Part shown: positions 1 to 9,040 of the stretch, piece by piece | How positions within the stretch are numbered: position 1 is the stretch's first letter | Layout of the letters: every line of letters starts with the position of its first letter | IMG/VR virus record: IMGVR_UViG_3300029267_001213 | Span: 1 to 64,000 of that record | Length of the DNA: 64,000 nucleotides | Reading direction: 5' to 3' (one strand) | From: a virus | Made by a program: the position numbers and the translations under genes | The notes under the pieces: generated by a model | What the model was told of the DNA's origin: nothing | What the model saw: only the letters and a program-made list of their open reading frames with translations | Databases searched by the model: none

Positions 1-2
1 AC

Positions 3-134
3 AAGGATATTCCTAATGCAAAGCGAATGCCGGGATTGATGGCGAGGGCTATGAGGGCTTATCATAATGTCGGATTCGAGGAAGAGGCCCGAGCATATGA
101 GACGGTTCCATACGAAGCGTGGAATAATATTTAG
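3..134 (+). CDS. 3' end of a truncated hypothetical gene
   Basis: Frame 3 is open from the window edge to TAG at 132-134 (KDIPNAKRMPG...EAWNNI*). Confidence 0.45.
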   Translation, partial: KDIPNAKRMPGLMARAMRAYHNVGFEEEARAYETVPYEAWNNI

Positions 135-167
135 AAACAGAACAATGAAAATCAGAGGGAGTAAAAG

Positions 168-749
168 ATGCAGCCATCCAGAGATGAAGCTCTCAGTGCG
201 GTAAAGACTATCCTGAAATATATTGGCGAGGATCCTGACAGAGAAGGACTTTTGAGAACTCCGGAACGAGTTGTTCGGTCATGGGATAAACTGTACGGCG
301 GTTATAAACAGAAACTTGAAGATGTAGTTAAAGCCGACTTCGATGCAGAGGGCTATGATCAGATAGTCATGCTGGACGACATTGAGTTTTGGTCTACATG
401 CGAGCATCATGTTTTACCTTTTTACGGCAAGGTGTCAGTTGGATATTTACCTGATAAAAAAACAAAGCGAGTAATTGGCGTGTCTAAGATGGCAAGAATT
501 GTAGAGATGTATGCTCGGCGTTTACAGATTCAGGAACGAATGACTCAGCAGATAGCGAATGCATTGAAGGAGAGCATTAATGCCGAAGGAGTGGGAGTTG
601 TAGTAAGAGCAAGACATCTTTGCATGGTGGCGAGGGGCGTACAAAAGCAACAGAGCTGGATGGTCACTTCAGAGATGCTCGGTTCATTTCGAAATGAGAC
701 GGCTACTCGGCAGGAATTCATAAGGCTGATAGAAATAGGAAGACAGTAA
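168..749 (+). CDS. folE: GTP cyclohydrolase I
   Basis: [20 protein letters not shown], GxSKx[11 protein letters not shown] and HLCMVARG motifs. Confidence 0.96.
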   Translation: MQPSRDEALSAVKTILKYIGEDPDREGLLRTPERVVRSWDKLYGGYKQKLEDVVKADFDAEGYDQIVMLDDIEFWSTCEHHVLPFYGKVSVGYLPDKKTKRVIGVSKMARIVEMYARRLQIQERMTQQIANALKESINAEGVGVVVRARHLCMVARGVQKQQSWMVTSEMLGSFRNETATRQEFIRLIEIGRQ

Positions 750-1825
750 TGAAGATTCATTTACTGCCTATGGAACCGATTGAAGCGCGGTATTCTGCGG
801 ATTGGTATCGGTGGTGGCCGGAACAATTACGTGAGCGAGGCGTGGAGATAATTGTTTACGACGGCCAGCGATTACGGGACAGCCGTAAAGATTCTATTAA
901 GCACGGCGAATGGCTGGACGCTTTGGACACACATTATTACAAGAGTACACAGCTGGCCAGATTTATTGAAGCGTTGGACACTGGACAGGTTCGGGACTGT
1001 GACATCGTTTTATTATTGGAAGGATATAATCCGGTGATTGAGTCACTGGCTTATATGCGATTGGCTACCGGCATTCGATTTATTATAGCCAGCCTTTTTC
1101 ATGGTGGCACATGGGACGAGTGGGATTATCTTTCGCAGCGAGGCGCAAAGGAATGGATATGGGGTGCGGAGTTGAGTTGGCTGACAGCGAGTGACTTGGT
1201 TCTGGTGGCTACTGATTTTCATAGGAACATGATTGCCAAGCATGTGAAGTCTTATGCTACAGAAAAAATATACAACAAAGTATTAAACAAAATTAAGGTC
1301 ACGGGATTTCCTTTGAAGCTGAGTGAGCTGGACAGGTATCGAATTGACTGGAAGGCAAAAAAGGATGTTGTGGTTTTTCCTCACCGGCTGGCGAAGGAAA
1401 AAGGCCCTGAGATATTCAATGCGATGGAACTAAGTTTCAGAGCAAGGTGGCCCAAGAGCAAAGTAAGATTTGTTCGGACTGCTGAAATGATGAAGGAGGG
1501 AGCCAGCAAGGAGGCGTATTACAGACAGCTGGCTGAAGCGAGGGTCGTGGTGTCGTGTGCATTTCAGGAGACATGGGGAATAGCTCAGCTGGAAGGATGG
1601 TATCTCGGTGGTGTTCCTATTGTTCCGGACAGGTTATCATATCGGGAATTATATCCAGCTTGTTATAAATACGATACAGTGGAAAAGGCGGTCTATCTGA
1701 TAAGGAAAGGTATCGATAGGCCGGACGAGGCTCCGTTCGTACCTCAGAGAAAACCTGAAGATGCATGGGATAGAATAATAGATGTGCTCAAGGGCGCAGA
1801 AATATTGGAGGCGGAAAAGTGTTAG
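749..1825 (+). CDS. GT-B (GT4-like) glycosyltransferase, GTDC1/QTMAN-like
   Basis: FPHRLAKEKGPEIF and VVVSCAFQETWGIAQLEG...PDRLSYRELYP (E-x7-E nucleotide-sugar motif). Confidence 0.8.
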   Translation: MKIHLLPMEPIEARYSADWYRWWPEQLRERGVEIIVYDGQRLRDSRKDSIKHGEWLDALDTHYYKSTQLARFIEALDTGQVRDCDIVLLLEGYNPVIESLAYMRLATGIRFIIASLFHGGTWDEWDYLSQRGAKEWIWGAELSWLTASDLVLVATDFHRNMIAKHVKSYATEKIYNKVLNKIKVTGFPLKLSELDRYRIDWKAKKDVVVFPHRLAKEKGPEIFNAMELSFRARWPKSKVRFVRTAEMMKEGASKEAYYRQLAEARVVVSCAFQETWGIAQLEGWYLGGVPIVPDRLSYRELYPACYKYDTVEKAVYLIRKGIDRPDEAPFVPQRKPEDAWDRIIDVLKGAEILEAEKC

Positions 1826-3114
1826 TAATTATCCAGCCGGCAACTTTAGAAAGGGTATTGTCAGGCATTTGCTATAAGGCCAGTTGGCTTTATTTCGCAG
1901 CCAGAAAAATGAATCAGGAAGTAAAACTGTACGAAGAGGTTGGACTTTATGATTGCGATGAAATATTTAATCGACATGGCCCGGGCGCAATTTATGCTGT
2001 GGATTTGTCGAGCTATCCGCAACAGGATTTGGCGGAACAAATTTATCGCGAGTTCAGAGATTATAACCCGCGATTTTTCGGACTGGACGATTTGATAAAA
2101 AGCTGTGGGTTGCCTTTGTTTGATTATGAGACGGCTGGATATAAACTGGAAGATGGTGCATTCGATTATGCAGAAAATTATTCATTACTATTGGACCGGC
2201 TCAATACGGATTACGATTCACACGTGGCAACCTTGGATAATGGAAAGCCTTTTGTTCCGGCATTTTTCAGCGTAGGGTGTGATAGAAAATGTCCTTATTG
2301 TTATGTTGGATATACAAGCTTTCCTAATAATCAAATAAAAGTGGATAAGGCAAAACGGGTTATTGATTATTGCTCAGAGCGCGGCTGGAATATTCATTTT
2401 TATGATGAGGATTTTTTCATGCATCCGGACATTAATGAGATACTTGAATACATGCAGGATAAGGAAGTGCAGTGGATTTGCCTTACAACCAGCATTACAC
2501 TTGGGAAAAAGATCAGAGAGCTGGGTGCTGATTATATACGGGCATCTGGAAACCTGTTGAATGAAGTTGGAGTGGAAACAACGGATCCAGATGTGCTGGA
2601 TAAAAAACAGGACTTGCAGACCGTCATTGAAAGCGGACTTAATATTTTCTGGCTTACGGTTACATTTTTTCCCGGCGAAACAATTCGTAGTAAAAACATG
2701 ACCGGCCAATTTCTAAAGGCGTATGGGTATGATTATGATTCGATGGTACTGCGGATGAGATGCAATAGTACGGTCGGTGGCCTTGGACAGTTTTTTGTTC
2801 CTTACCATGGAACGCCGTGGTTTAAGAAAATTAATGACATGGGAGTAGTAATCGGTCGAAGACCTACTCGGTTGTGGCCGGGATTTGTGGGCAATAGATT
2901 TTTGCAGGAAAGACCGATGAAGATAGGAGACTTTGAAGCAGTTGATTCAAGATGGTTCTCCCTGTACGGACACAAGGATAAGGCCCATATGTTATGGCAG
3001 TTTTGTAACGGAACGAATACTGTGAAAAAACTTTGTAGCATTGACGGAGAGTTGGACCCGGGCGCACTTGTTCAAGTTGCTCAGCTAGCGCAATTAAATT
3101 TGGTAACAGCATGA
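1819..3114 (+). CDS. Radical SAM enzyme, class-B-like architecture
   Basis: GCDRKCPYC (CxxxCxxC), FYDEDF, GVET, FPGET and PYHGTP motifs; about 140 aa N-terminal domain. Confidence 0.85.
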   Translation: MLVIIQPATLERVLSGICYKASWLYFAARKMNQEVKLYEEVGLYDCDEIFNRHGPGAIYAVDLSSYPQQDLAEQIYREFRDYNPRFFGLDDLIKSCGLPLFDYETAGYKLEDGAFDYAENYSLLLDRLNTDYDSHVATLDNGKPFVPAFFSVGCDRKCPYCYVGYTSFPNNQIKVDKAKRVIDYCSERGWNIHFYDEDFFMHPDINEILEYMQDKEVQWICLTTSITLGKKIRELGADYIRASGNLLNEVGVETTDPDVLDKKQDLQTVIESGLNIFWLTVTFFPGETIRSKNMTGQFLKAYGYDYDSMVLRMRCNSTVGGLGQFFVPYHGTPWFKKINDMGVVIGRRPTRLWPGFVGNRFLQERPMKIGDFEAVDSRWFSLYGHKDKAHMLWQFCNGTNTVKKLCSIDGELDPGALVQVAQLAQLNLVTA

Positions 3115-3983
3115 AAGTTTTTCTGGCTGGAGTAGAACTATTTTACGGCAAGTATAGAAATCAGCCGGACGTGTATAATCTATTGGCTGATTCAAATCAT
3201 TTTTATTGCTACAACAATAAGAAAGCTTGTACGGAAGCAGTTAAGATTGTGCCGGGACGGATACGTATTTGTGATAGTGGGGCGTATTTTTATATTCATA
3301 AGCATCGAGCCGAGGAGGTTAAATTCAAAGAGCTCGGAGTGGACAGCGGAAAGTTTGTTGTAAATTATATTAAATGGATTCAGCGCAATTGGGACAGCTT
3401 TGATTATTTCGTAGAATTCGATCTTCAGGAATTGTTGCCTTATGAAATGATAATCAGATGGCGAAAGCTTTTTGACCGGGCACAGATTTCAGAGAAGATG
3501 ATTTACGTTATGCATAAAGATAACACGATGGACGAATGGAAAGAGATGGTTGATTCTGCGGAAAGTAGATACTGCGGTATTTCTAAATTGCATTCGTGGA
3601 TGAGTTATACGAGATACATTAAGTATGCTTATGACAACCAGTGCAAGGTTCACGGTTTTGCAATGACAAGACCAGCTCAGACTTTGGAGTATCCTTTTTA
3701 TTCGGTTGATTCGGCAACATGGTATGCGGTTGCATTGTTCGGCCAGACGGTTAAATGGGACAGTGCGCTCGGTGCGGTGAAGGAATATCAATCAGGTGCA
3801 AACGTCTGGACTAAGAAAAATATGGCATATCTTCTTAAAAGGGGAATACCTTCATGGTATAAAGATACCAAGAATGAGAGAGTGTTGATTCACAAAATTC
3901 AGAACTCGGTGAAGGCATACGTTCAGTGGGAACAGCACTTGAAAAAATACTGGGCACAAAAAGGTGTTGTATGGCACGATTAA
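3111..3983 (+). CDS. TGT/DpdA-like base-exchange enzyme (putative 7-deazaguanine insertion into DNA)
   Basis: DSGAY, HGFAM and FYSVDSATW motifs typical of phage TGT-fold proteins; lies between folE and queC. Confidence 0.55.
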   Translation: MKVFLAGVELFYGKYRNQPDVYNLLADSNHFYCYNNKKACTEAVKIVPGRIRICDSGAYFYIHKHRAEEVKFKELGVDSGKFVVNYIKWIQRNWDSFDYFVEFDLQELLPYEMIIRWRKLFDRAQISEKMIYVMHKDNTMDEWKEMVDSAESRYCGISKLHSWMSYTRYIKYAYDNQCKVHGFAMTRPAQTLEYPFYSVDSATWYAVALFGQTVKWDSALGAVKEYQSGANVWTKKNMAYLLKRGIPSWYKDTKNERVLIHKIQNSVKAYVQWEQHLKKYWAQKGVVWHD

Positions 3984-4654
3984 ACAAAAAGGTTCTGGTG
4001 CTATTCAGCGGAGGAATGGATTCGGCTGTATGCTTGAAGTGGGCCATGGATCGTTACGAAAGGCCCAAGGCAATAATTTTTGACTATGGACAAAAGCATT
4101 CTGTGGAGATTAATCAGGCACGGCGAATATGCAGGAGTTGGAATGTTCCTTATGCTGAGGTAGATATTAAAACATTCGGCCACATGGTTGATTCCGGACT
4201 GGTTGATGATACCGGAGAGGTGGATGGCTTTCATAAACGGTTAAAACATTTACCGGCATCCTATGTCCCTAATAGAAACGCTTTATTTCTTACGCTGGCA
4301 CATGCATATGCACAGCGGCATAGAGTTAGCACTATGGTATTCGGTGCAAGTCAGACCGATGATTCTGGTTATCCGGACTGCAGAAAGCATTTCATAAACG
4401 GCATGGAGGCGGCATTGAATATAGGTTCTGATTCAGAGATAGCTATTTTGGCCCCATTGCTAAACAAGAACAAGGCGGACATATTCAAGATGGCATATGG
4501 GCAGGGTATTTTGCAGACGCTTATTGAAGAAACTCATACTTGTTATAATGGAATCAGGGAAAAGCATGATTGGGGCTACGGATGCGGGGAATGTCCATCC
4601 TGTAAAATAAGAAAAGAGGGCTGGAGCAAATATCGTGCAGTCAGTGACCATTGA
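3971..4654 (+). CDS. queC: 7-cyano-7-deazaguanine (preQ0) synthase
   Basis: SGGMDS PP-loop, YGQKH, YVPNRN, GYPDCR and Zn motif TCY...CGECPSC; ATG at 3971 preferred over the 3926 start. Confidence 0.95.
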   Translation: MARLNKKVLVLFSGGMDSAVCLKWAMDRYERPKAIIFDYGQKHSVEINQARRICRSWNVPYAEVDIKTFGHMVDSGLVDDTGEVDGFHKRLKHLPASYVPNRNALFLTLAHAYAQRHRVSTMVFGASQTDDSGYPDCRKHFINGMEAALNIGSDSEIAILAPLLNKNKADIFKMAYGQGILQTLIEETHTCYNGIREKHDWGYGCGECPSCKIRKEGWSKYRAVSDH

Positions 4655-5072
4655 TGAAGCAGGGGCTGCAATTGCTGAAGCAATTAGCGGTGAGCATTTC
4701 GACTGGTATGTAGCCATTACCAGAGGGGGAATGGTTCCAGCGTGTGCTATTGCTCAAAGAACAGGCATGCATCAGGTGGATACATTTTGCTGCAAGAGTT
4801 ATGATAAGAATCGGCAACGGCATAATTTGGATTGTTCTTACAAGGGTTATTTTCATTTGAAGAATCAGCGTGTACTGGTGATAGATGATTTGGTTCATAC
4901 TGGAAAGACCATGCATAGAGCTTTAGTAATTCTCAGTCTGTTCGGTGCAAGAAAAATCAAAACAGCTGCAATTTATAAAAAGGTCGGTTCGATAGTTGAG
5001 CCGGATTATTATCTGCATGAGATTCCGGAAAGTGAATGGGTAAAATTTCCGTGGGAGACAGACAATGGCTAA
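4635..5072 (+). CDS. Type I phosphoribosyltransferase (Gpt-like)
   Basis: AITRGGMVP, PRPP-binding motif VLVIDDLVHTGKT, C-terminal WVKFPWE. Confidence 0.85.
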   Translation: MQSVTIDEAGAAIAEAISGEHFDWYVAITRGGMVPACAIAQRTGMHQVDTFCCKSYDKNRQRHNLDCSYKGYFHLKNQRVLVIDDLVHTGKTMHRALVILSLFGARKIKTAAIYKKVGSIVEPDYYLHEIPESEWVKFPWETDNG

Positions 5073-5655
5073 AAGAAAGAACAAGGAAAAGTTTTCAATC
5101 GGATTCGTAGAGATACCACTGGACAGGCTTATTCAGGCGGACTGGAATTACAAGGACAACGATCCAGATCTGGCTGAAGCTCTTGAGCGAAATATCAGCG
5201 AGAGAGGGCAGGTCGAAAATCTTATAGTTCGGGAGCTGGGAAATGATTACGAAATAGTAAACGGTAATCACAGACTGCCGGTTCTTAAGAACTTGGGATA
5301 CGAGACGGCCATGTGTTACAACCTCGGCAATATTAATTCGGTAATGGCAAAGCGTATAGCAATCGAAACGAATGAGACGAGATTCGATAATGATGAAGTC
5401 ATTCTGGCGAAAGTCATCAAGGACATTACGGAAGAGATTCCTATGGACGAGCTGGAATATACGATGCCTTACGACAGAGACGAGCTGGATGAATATCTGG
5501 CTAATGCTTCAGACTTCGATTGGGAAGAGGAGAGTCAGGAAGGTGAGCCTACGGATCCGGCCGGTAATTCCGGTGAGGATGATGATCTTCAGGAGAATGA
5601 GATTGAGTGTCCACATTGCGGCGGGATAATTATTGTGGAAGAGGAGAAGGAGTAA
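5065..5655 (+). CDS. ParB/Srx N-terminal domain protein
   Basis: YEIVNGNHRL motif; acidic linker; C-terminal CPHCG. Confidence 0.75.
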   Translation: MAKRKNKEKFSIGFVEIPLDRLIQADWNYKDNDPDLAEALERNISERGQVENLIVRELGNDYEIVNGNHRLPVLKNLGYETAMCYNLGNINSVMAKRIAIETNETRFDNDEVILAKVIKDITEEIPMDELEYTMPYDRDELDEYLANASDFDWEEESQEGEPTDPAGNSGEDDDLQENEIECPHCGGIIIVEEEKE

Positions 5656-5658
5656 GCC

Positions 5659-6213
5659 ATGGCGGGAAAAATTAAAAAGGGATTTACAATGATACCGGTA
5701 AAGCGCCTCATTCCTGCAGAATGGAATTATAAGCTGGATGATGAAGAACTGGCCGAGAAGTTAAAAAATAATATTGAAATGCATGGTCAGCTGGAAAACA
5801 TTATGGTGCGGCAGCTGGATTCAGGTGGATATGAAATTGTGAACGGCAATCACAGATTGCCAGCTTTCAGAGATTTGAAAATAAAGGAAGTGATGTGTTT
5901 TAACTTCGGAAAGATTTCCGATGCACAGGCAAAACGGATTGCGGTCGAGACAAATGAGACGCGATTTCCTACGGACTACATAAGACTAGCCGAATTAATC
6001 AAGGGCATTTCGGATGAAACACCTATGGAGGAGCTGGAAAGAACGATGCCTTGGACAATGGAGGAGCTTGAGGACTTCAGAAAGTTTATTGATCTTGAAT
6101 GGCCAGTGGACCAGAAAAACGAAACGACGGAAACGGTTGAGCTTGAGGAGGGGGAAATTATTTGTCCACATTGCGGAGAGGTTGTAAATATAGATGATGA
6201 AATGAACGAATAG
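5659..6213 (+). CDS. ParB/Srx N-terminal domain protein (paralogue of 5065-5655)
   Basis: YEIVNGNHRL, AKRIAVETNETRF and CPHCG shared with the upstream gene. Confidence 0.75.
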   Translation: MAGKIKKGFTMIPVKRLIPAEWNYKLDDEELAEKLKNNIEMHGQLENIMVRQLDSGGYEIVNGNHRLPAFRDLKIKEVMCFNFGKISDAQAKRIAVETNETRFPTDYIRLAELIKGISDETPMEELERTMPWTMEELEDFRKFIDLEWPVDQKNETTETVELEEGEIICPHCGEVVNIDDEMNE

Positions 6214-6233
6214 ATTTATGGTATGATGGAACG

Positions 6234-7496
6234 ATGATTCAAACAGCACAGACATTCAAATCGGACGGCCTTTTTCTGGCAATGCCTTATACGGAATTGA
6301 GCAAAGGTGTTGTACTTCCAGATCTAAAATCTGCACGTGGTTATGTTGTTCTTTCCGGCGTAGGTAAATTTTTATATCGCAGTAACAACAGGGACAAAGT
6401 ATTACGAGCTGCATTGACTTATGCAAAACGGACAGGCGTAGATACTCAGATAGGAGAGATTATCGGTATAAGTGCTGGCAGACCTGTTTGCAAGCGTGCG
6501 GTTGTTGTGGCTGTTGATAAGGTAAAGAATCCATTAAAGGTAAATGAATTCTTACGACGTGTGGACAGTGCTGCTAAAAAGGCCAAGTCCATTACGGATC
6601 CAATGGTAGTGAATACGGTCAACAGGGCACTGGACGATTTGGTCCGAAAACCGTGGAATAGAATGTCGGATGCTGAAGTAACGGCAGCTGTTAATTCGGC
6701 AAACAGAACGCTGGATAAATTATCGAAAAAATGGCCGAAGGCTACTCTGGATAAATTCGAAAAGAATTTTACGGTAACGAGCACGTCAGTTGTGAGAGAT
6801 ACACGGAGGGTACAGCGTACTGTCCACAATCTGGATATTGGCATTAATCTCTTACAATCGGATCAGGTTGCTGTAGAACACATGGTCAAGAATCAAAGCC
6901 TGTTTGCGCGAAATAGGTATAAAGATATTTCTACTGCAGCCAGCAAAAAAGCTCGGCGGATTGTTTCAGAAGGATTAGCCGCAGGGCTTGGACCGGACGA
7001 TATTGCTAAAGATTTAAGAAAAGGCATTGGTCCGATGTACAGTGCGGTTCAGAAAAATTATTACAGGACTTTGGCTCATGTATTTGTAGGACGATCTCGA
7101 GCATGGGCGCAGGGCACGAGTTATAAGGACGCCGGTATAACTCGGTATCGAGTGTCTGCAGTTCTGGACGAAGTTACTACGGATACATGTAGAGCAATGA
7201 ACGGTAGGATATTACCTGTAAGGGAGTCACTGGCTATTCAGAGAAATGCAATGGAACTTGAAAAGCCCGAAGACATTAAATATGAGCAGCCATTTATGAG
7301 TGAAAGAAAAGGCGAGATAGGAATTTTTGATGCGGATGGCAATTGGGATTCGTTGTTTCAGGTGCGTGAGTCTGGACTTGGCACTCAGGATGTTGGAAGA
7401 TACAGATCTATGGTTTCAAATGCAGACTTGATTGATAAAGGTATTGGATTCCCTCCATATCATTTTCATTGTAGGACGATAACCTTGCCAGAGTAA
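6234..7496 (+). CDS. Head morphogenesis / minor head protein (SPP1 gp7, Mu gpF family)
   Basis: AVLDEVTTDTCRAMNG and C-terminal PPYHFHCRT. Confidence 0.85.
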   Translation: MIQTAQTFKSDGLFLAMPYTELSKGVVLPDLKSARGYVVLSGVGKFLYRSNNRDKVLRAALTYAKRTGVDTQIGEIIGISAGRPVCKRAVVVAVDKVKNPLKVNEFLRRVDSAAKKAKSITDPMVVNTVNRALDDLVRKPWNRMSDAEVTAAVNSANRTLDKLSKKWPKATLDKFEKNFTVTSTSVVRDTRRVQRTVHNLDIGINLLQSDQVAVEHMVKNQSLFARNRYKDISTAASKKARRIVSEGLAAGLGPDDIAKDLRKGIGPMYSAVQKNYYRTLAHVFVGRSRAWAQGTSYKDAGITRYRVSAVLDEVTTDTCRAMNGRILPVRESLAIQRNAMELEKPEDIKYEQPFMSERKGEIGIFDADGNWDSLFQVRESGLGTQDVGRYRSMVSNADLIDKGIGFPPYHFHCRTITLPE

Positions 7497-7505
7497 GGAG
7501 AAGAC

Positions 7506-7940
7506 ATGAACAAGAACAAGGTGAAGTACAGCAAACGCGGAGACATGCTGGTAAATTTTATTGACGCTTACGAAAAAAAAGGCACCATGGATAGGGTATT
7601 CTGGACAATACATAATACAATTTTGGAATCATTTAGGAGTGAGGTTAAAAAGAATTTGATAGTTACTCCGGAACAAGTTAAAAGGTCTCATATTATGCCG
7701 GATACTGTTGTGGATTCAGGGACTGAAGCAGAGATTGGAAGGAGATTTGATATTTTGGCAAATTGGTATATGATTATGAGGAAGGATCAGAGATTGTCAG
7801 TGCCGGAAACATTGGATAATCTTCCGTTGGCACTAGAAGCAGAACTAGATGGAAATAGAAATTGGGAACCACCGCCAAGAAAAGAAGGGCTACGAGCTGG
7901 CGGTGAAACATTAAAAGAGGTAGCCAACCGACGGAGGTAA
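7506..7940 (+). CDS. Hypothetical protein
   Basis: ORF with AGGAG RBS inside the head operon. Confidence 0.65.
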   Translation: MNKNKVKYSKRGDMLVNFIDAYEKKGTMDRVFWTIHNTILESFRSEVKKNLIVTPEQVKRSHIMPDTVVDSGTEAEIGRRFDILANWYMIMRKDQRLSVPETLDNLPLALEAELDGNRNWEPPPRKEGLRAGGETLKEVANRRR

Positions 7941-7943
7941 AAG

Positions 7944-8531
7944 ATGAAAGTTTTTTCAAGGACCATGAAGCTGTCAAGATTCAGAGATGTGGTAATTCCT
8001 GCACTCAGGAAATGGGCAGGTGAAGATGCTGACAAGCTTGAGTTTGTAAAGGATCAGGTCGAGGACGTTGAGCGCAAGACCAACGATACGGCTGACAATG
8101 AGGATCCCGAAGTGAGCGTGGTTCTGCCGGATGAGTTCGTTCAGGACGAAGATTCTCATAATGCATTCGAAGGTGCATTGAAAAATGCTACGGATGCAAT
8201 GCAGAAGATGGTCGAGGATGTTACCAAGCTGGTCAATGAATTTTCAGAAGGCGTGAACAAAAAGCTGGACGCATTGATGATGAAGATGGAAGTCGAAATT
8301 TCCGAAGAGGACGACGCCGGTGAGCCTTCGGATGAAAGTGACTCAGACGATTCGGATGAGGCCAATGACGAAAAGGACAAAGATGCTCCCAGCAATGACG
8401 AAGACAAAAAAGACGACGAGCCGGACGAAGATGATGGCGAGCCGGATGATGTCGATAAGGCACTGGATGGTGTTTATGATCTTTCGGCAGACGTGAAAAC
8501 GAAAAAGGCGGCTGGTAAGTCAATAGCCTAG
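7944..8531 (+). CDS. Acidic scaffold-like head protein
   Basis: D/E-rich; C-terminal DGVYDLSADVK shared with 9041-11002. Confidence 0.5.
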   Translation: MKVFSRTMKLSRFRDVVIPALRKWAGEDADKLEFVKDQVEDVERKTNDTADNEDPEVSVVLPDEFVQDEDSHNAFEGALKNATDAMQKMVEDVTKLVNEFSEGVNKKLDALMMKMEVEISEEDDAGEPSDESDSDDSDEANDEKDKDAPSNDEDKKDDEPDEDDGEPDDVDKALDGVYDLSADVKTKKAAGKSIA

Positions 8532-8535
8532 ACGC

Positions 8536-9036
8536 ATGAGCGTAGAACTTTACAAATCGGCTCGGGAATACCTATCCCGAAATAATATAAGCGTTGGCGT
8601 TTTTGAGTGTCGGTTTGCCAAGGAAACGGCAAGAGAAGAAGAACGATACATCAAAGGCGTAGTGCTTGAACCTACCATTGGAAAGGACGTTCTTAATCCG
8701 GACACGGATAATGATGTGTACACGGAGGGGGACGTAAGATTTGCAGCTCATTGGTTTGCGGAACATGGATGGCGAATGAAAATTCAGCATCAGATTGCTT
8801 CGGAAAGAGACATCGTTATTTTGGAAAACACGATAACGGATGTGGAGTACAAGCTGAATGGCGAGGTTGTTCACAAGGGATCATGGCTTATGGCAAATCG
8901 CGTTTACAATGAGGAAATCTGGCAGATGATAAAGGACGGTCGAATCACTGGATTTTCAATAGGCGGATTAGGAAGTCGTGAGCCGATTACTCCGGCACAG
9001 ATCAGACAACTAAGGGCTAAAAGCAGATGGGGTTAA
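8536..9036 (+). CDS. Prohead serine protease (XkdF-like)
   Basis: GVVLEP, DTDND, QH, KGSW and IKDGRITGFSIGG motifs. Confidence 0.8.
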   Translation: MSVELYKSAREYLSRNNISVGVFECRFAKETAREEERYIKGVVLEPTIGKDVLNPDTDNDVYTEGDVRFAAHWFAEHGWRMKIQHQIASERDIVILENTITDVEYKLNGEVVHKGSWLMANRVYNEEIWQMIKDGRITGFSIGGLGSREPITPAQIRQLRAKSRWG

Positions 9037-9040
9037 AAAA

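Noticed and set aside
1819-3114. Annotating the radical SAM gene as queE
   Set aside because: Length, motif position and class-B-type motifs do not fit QueE
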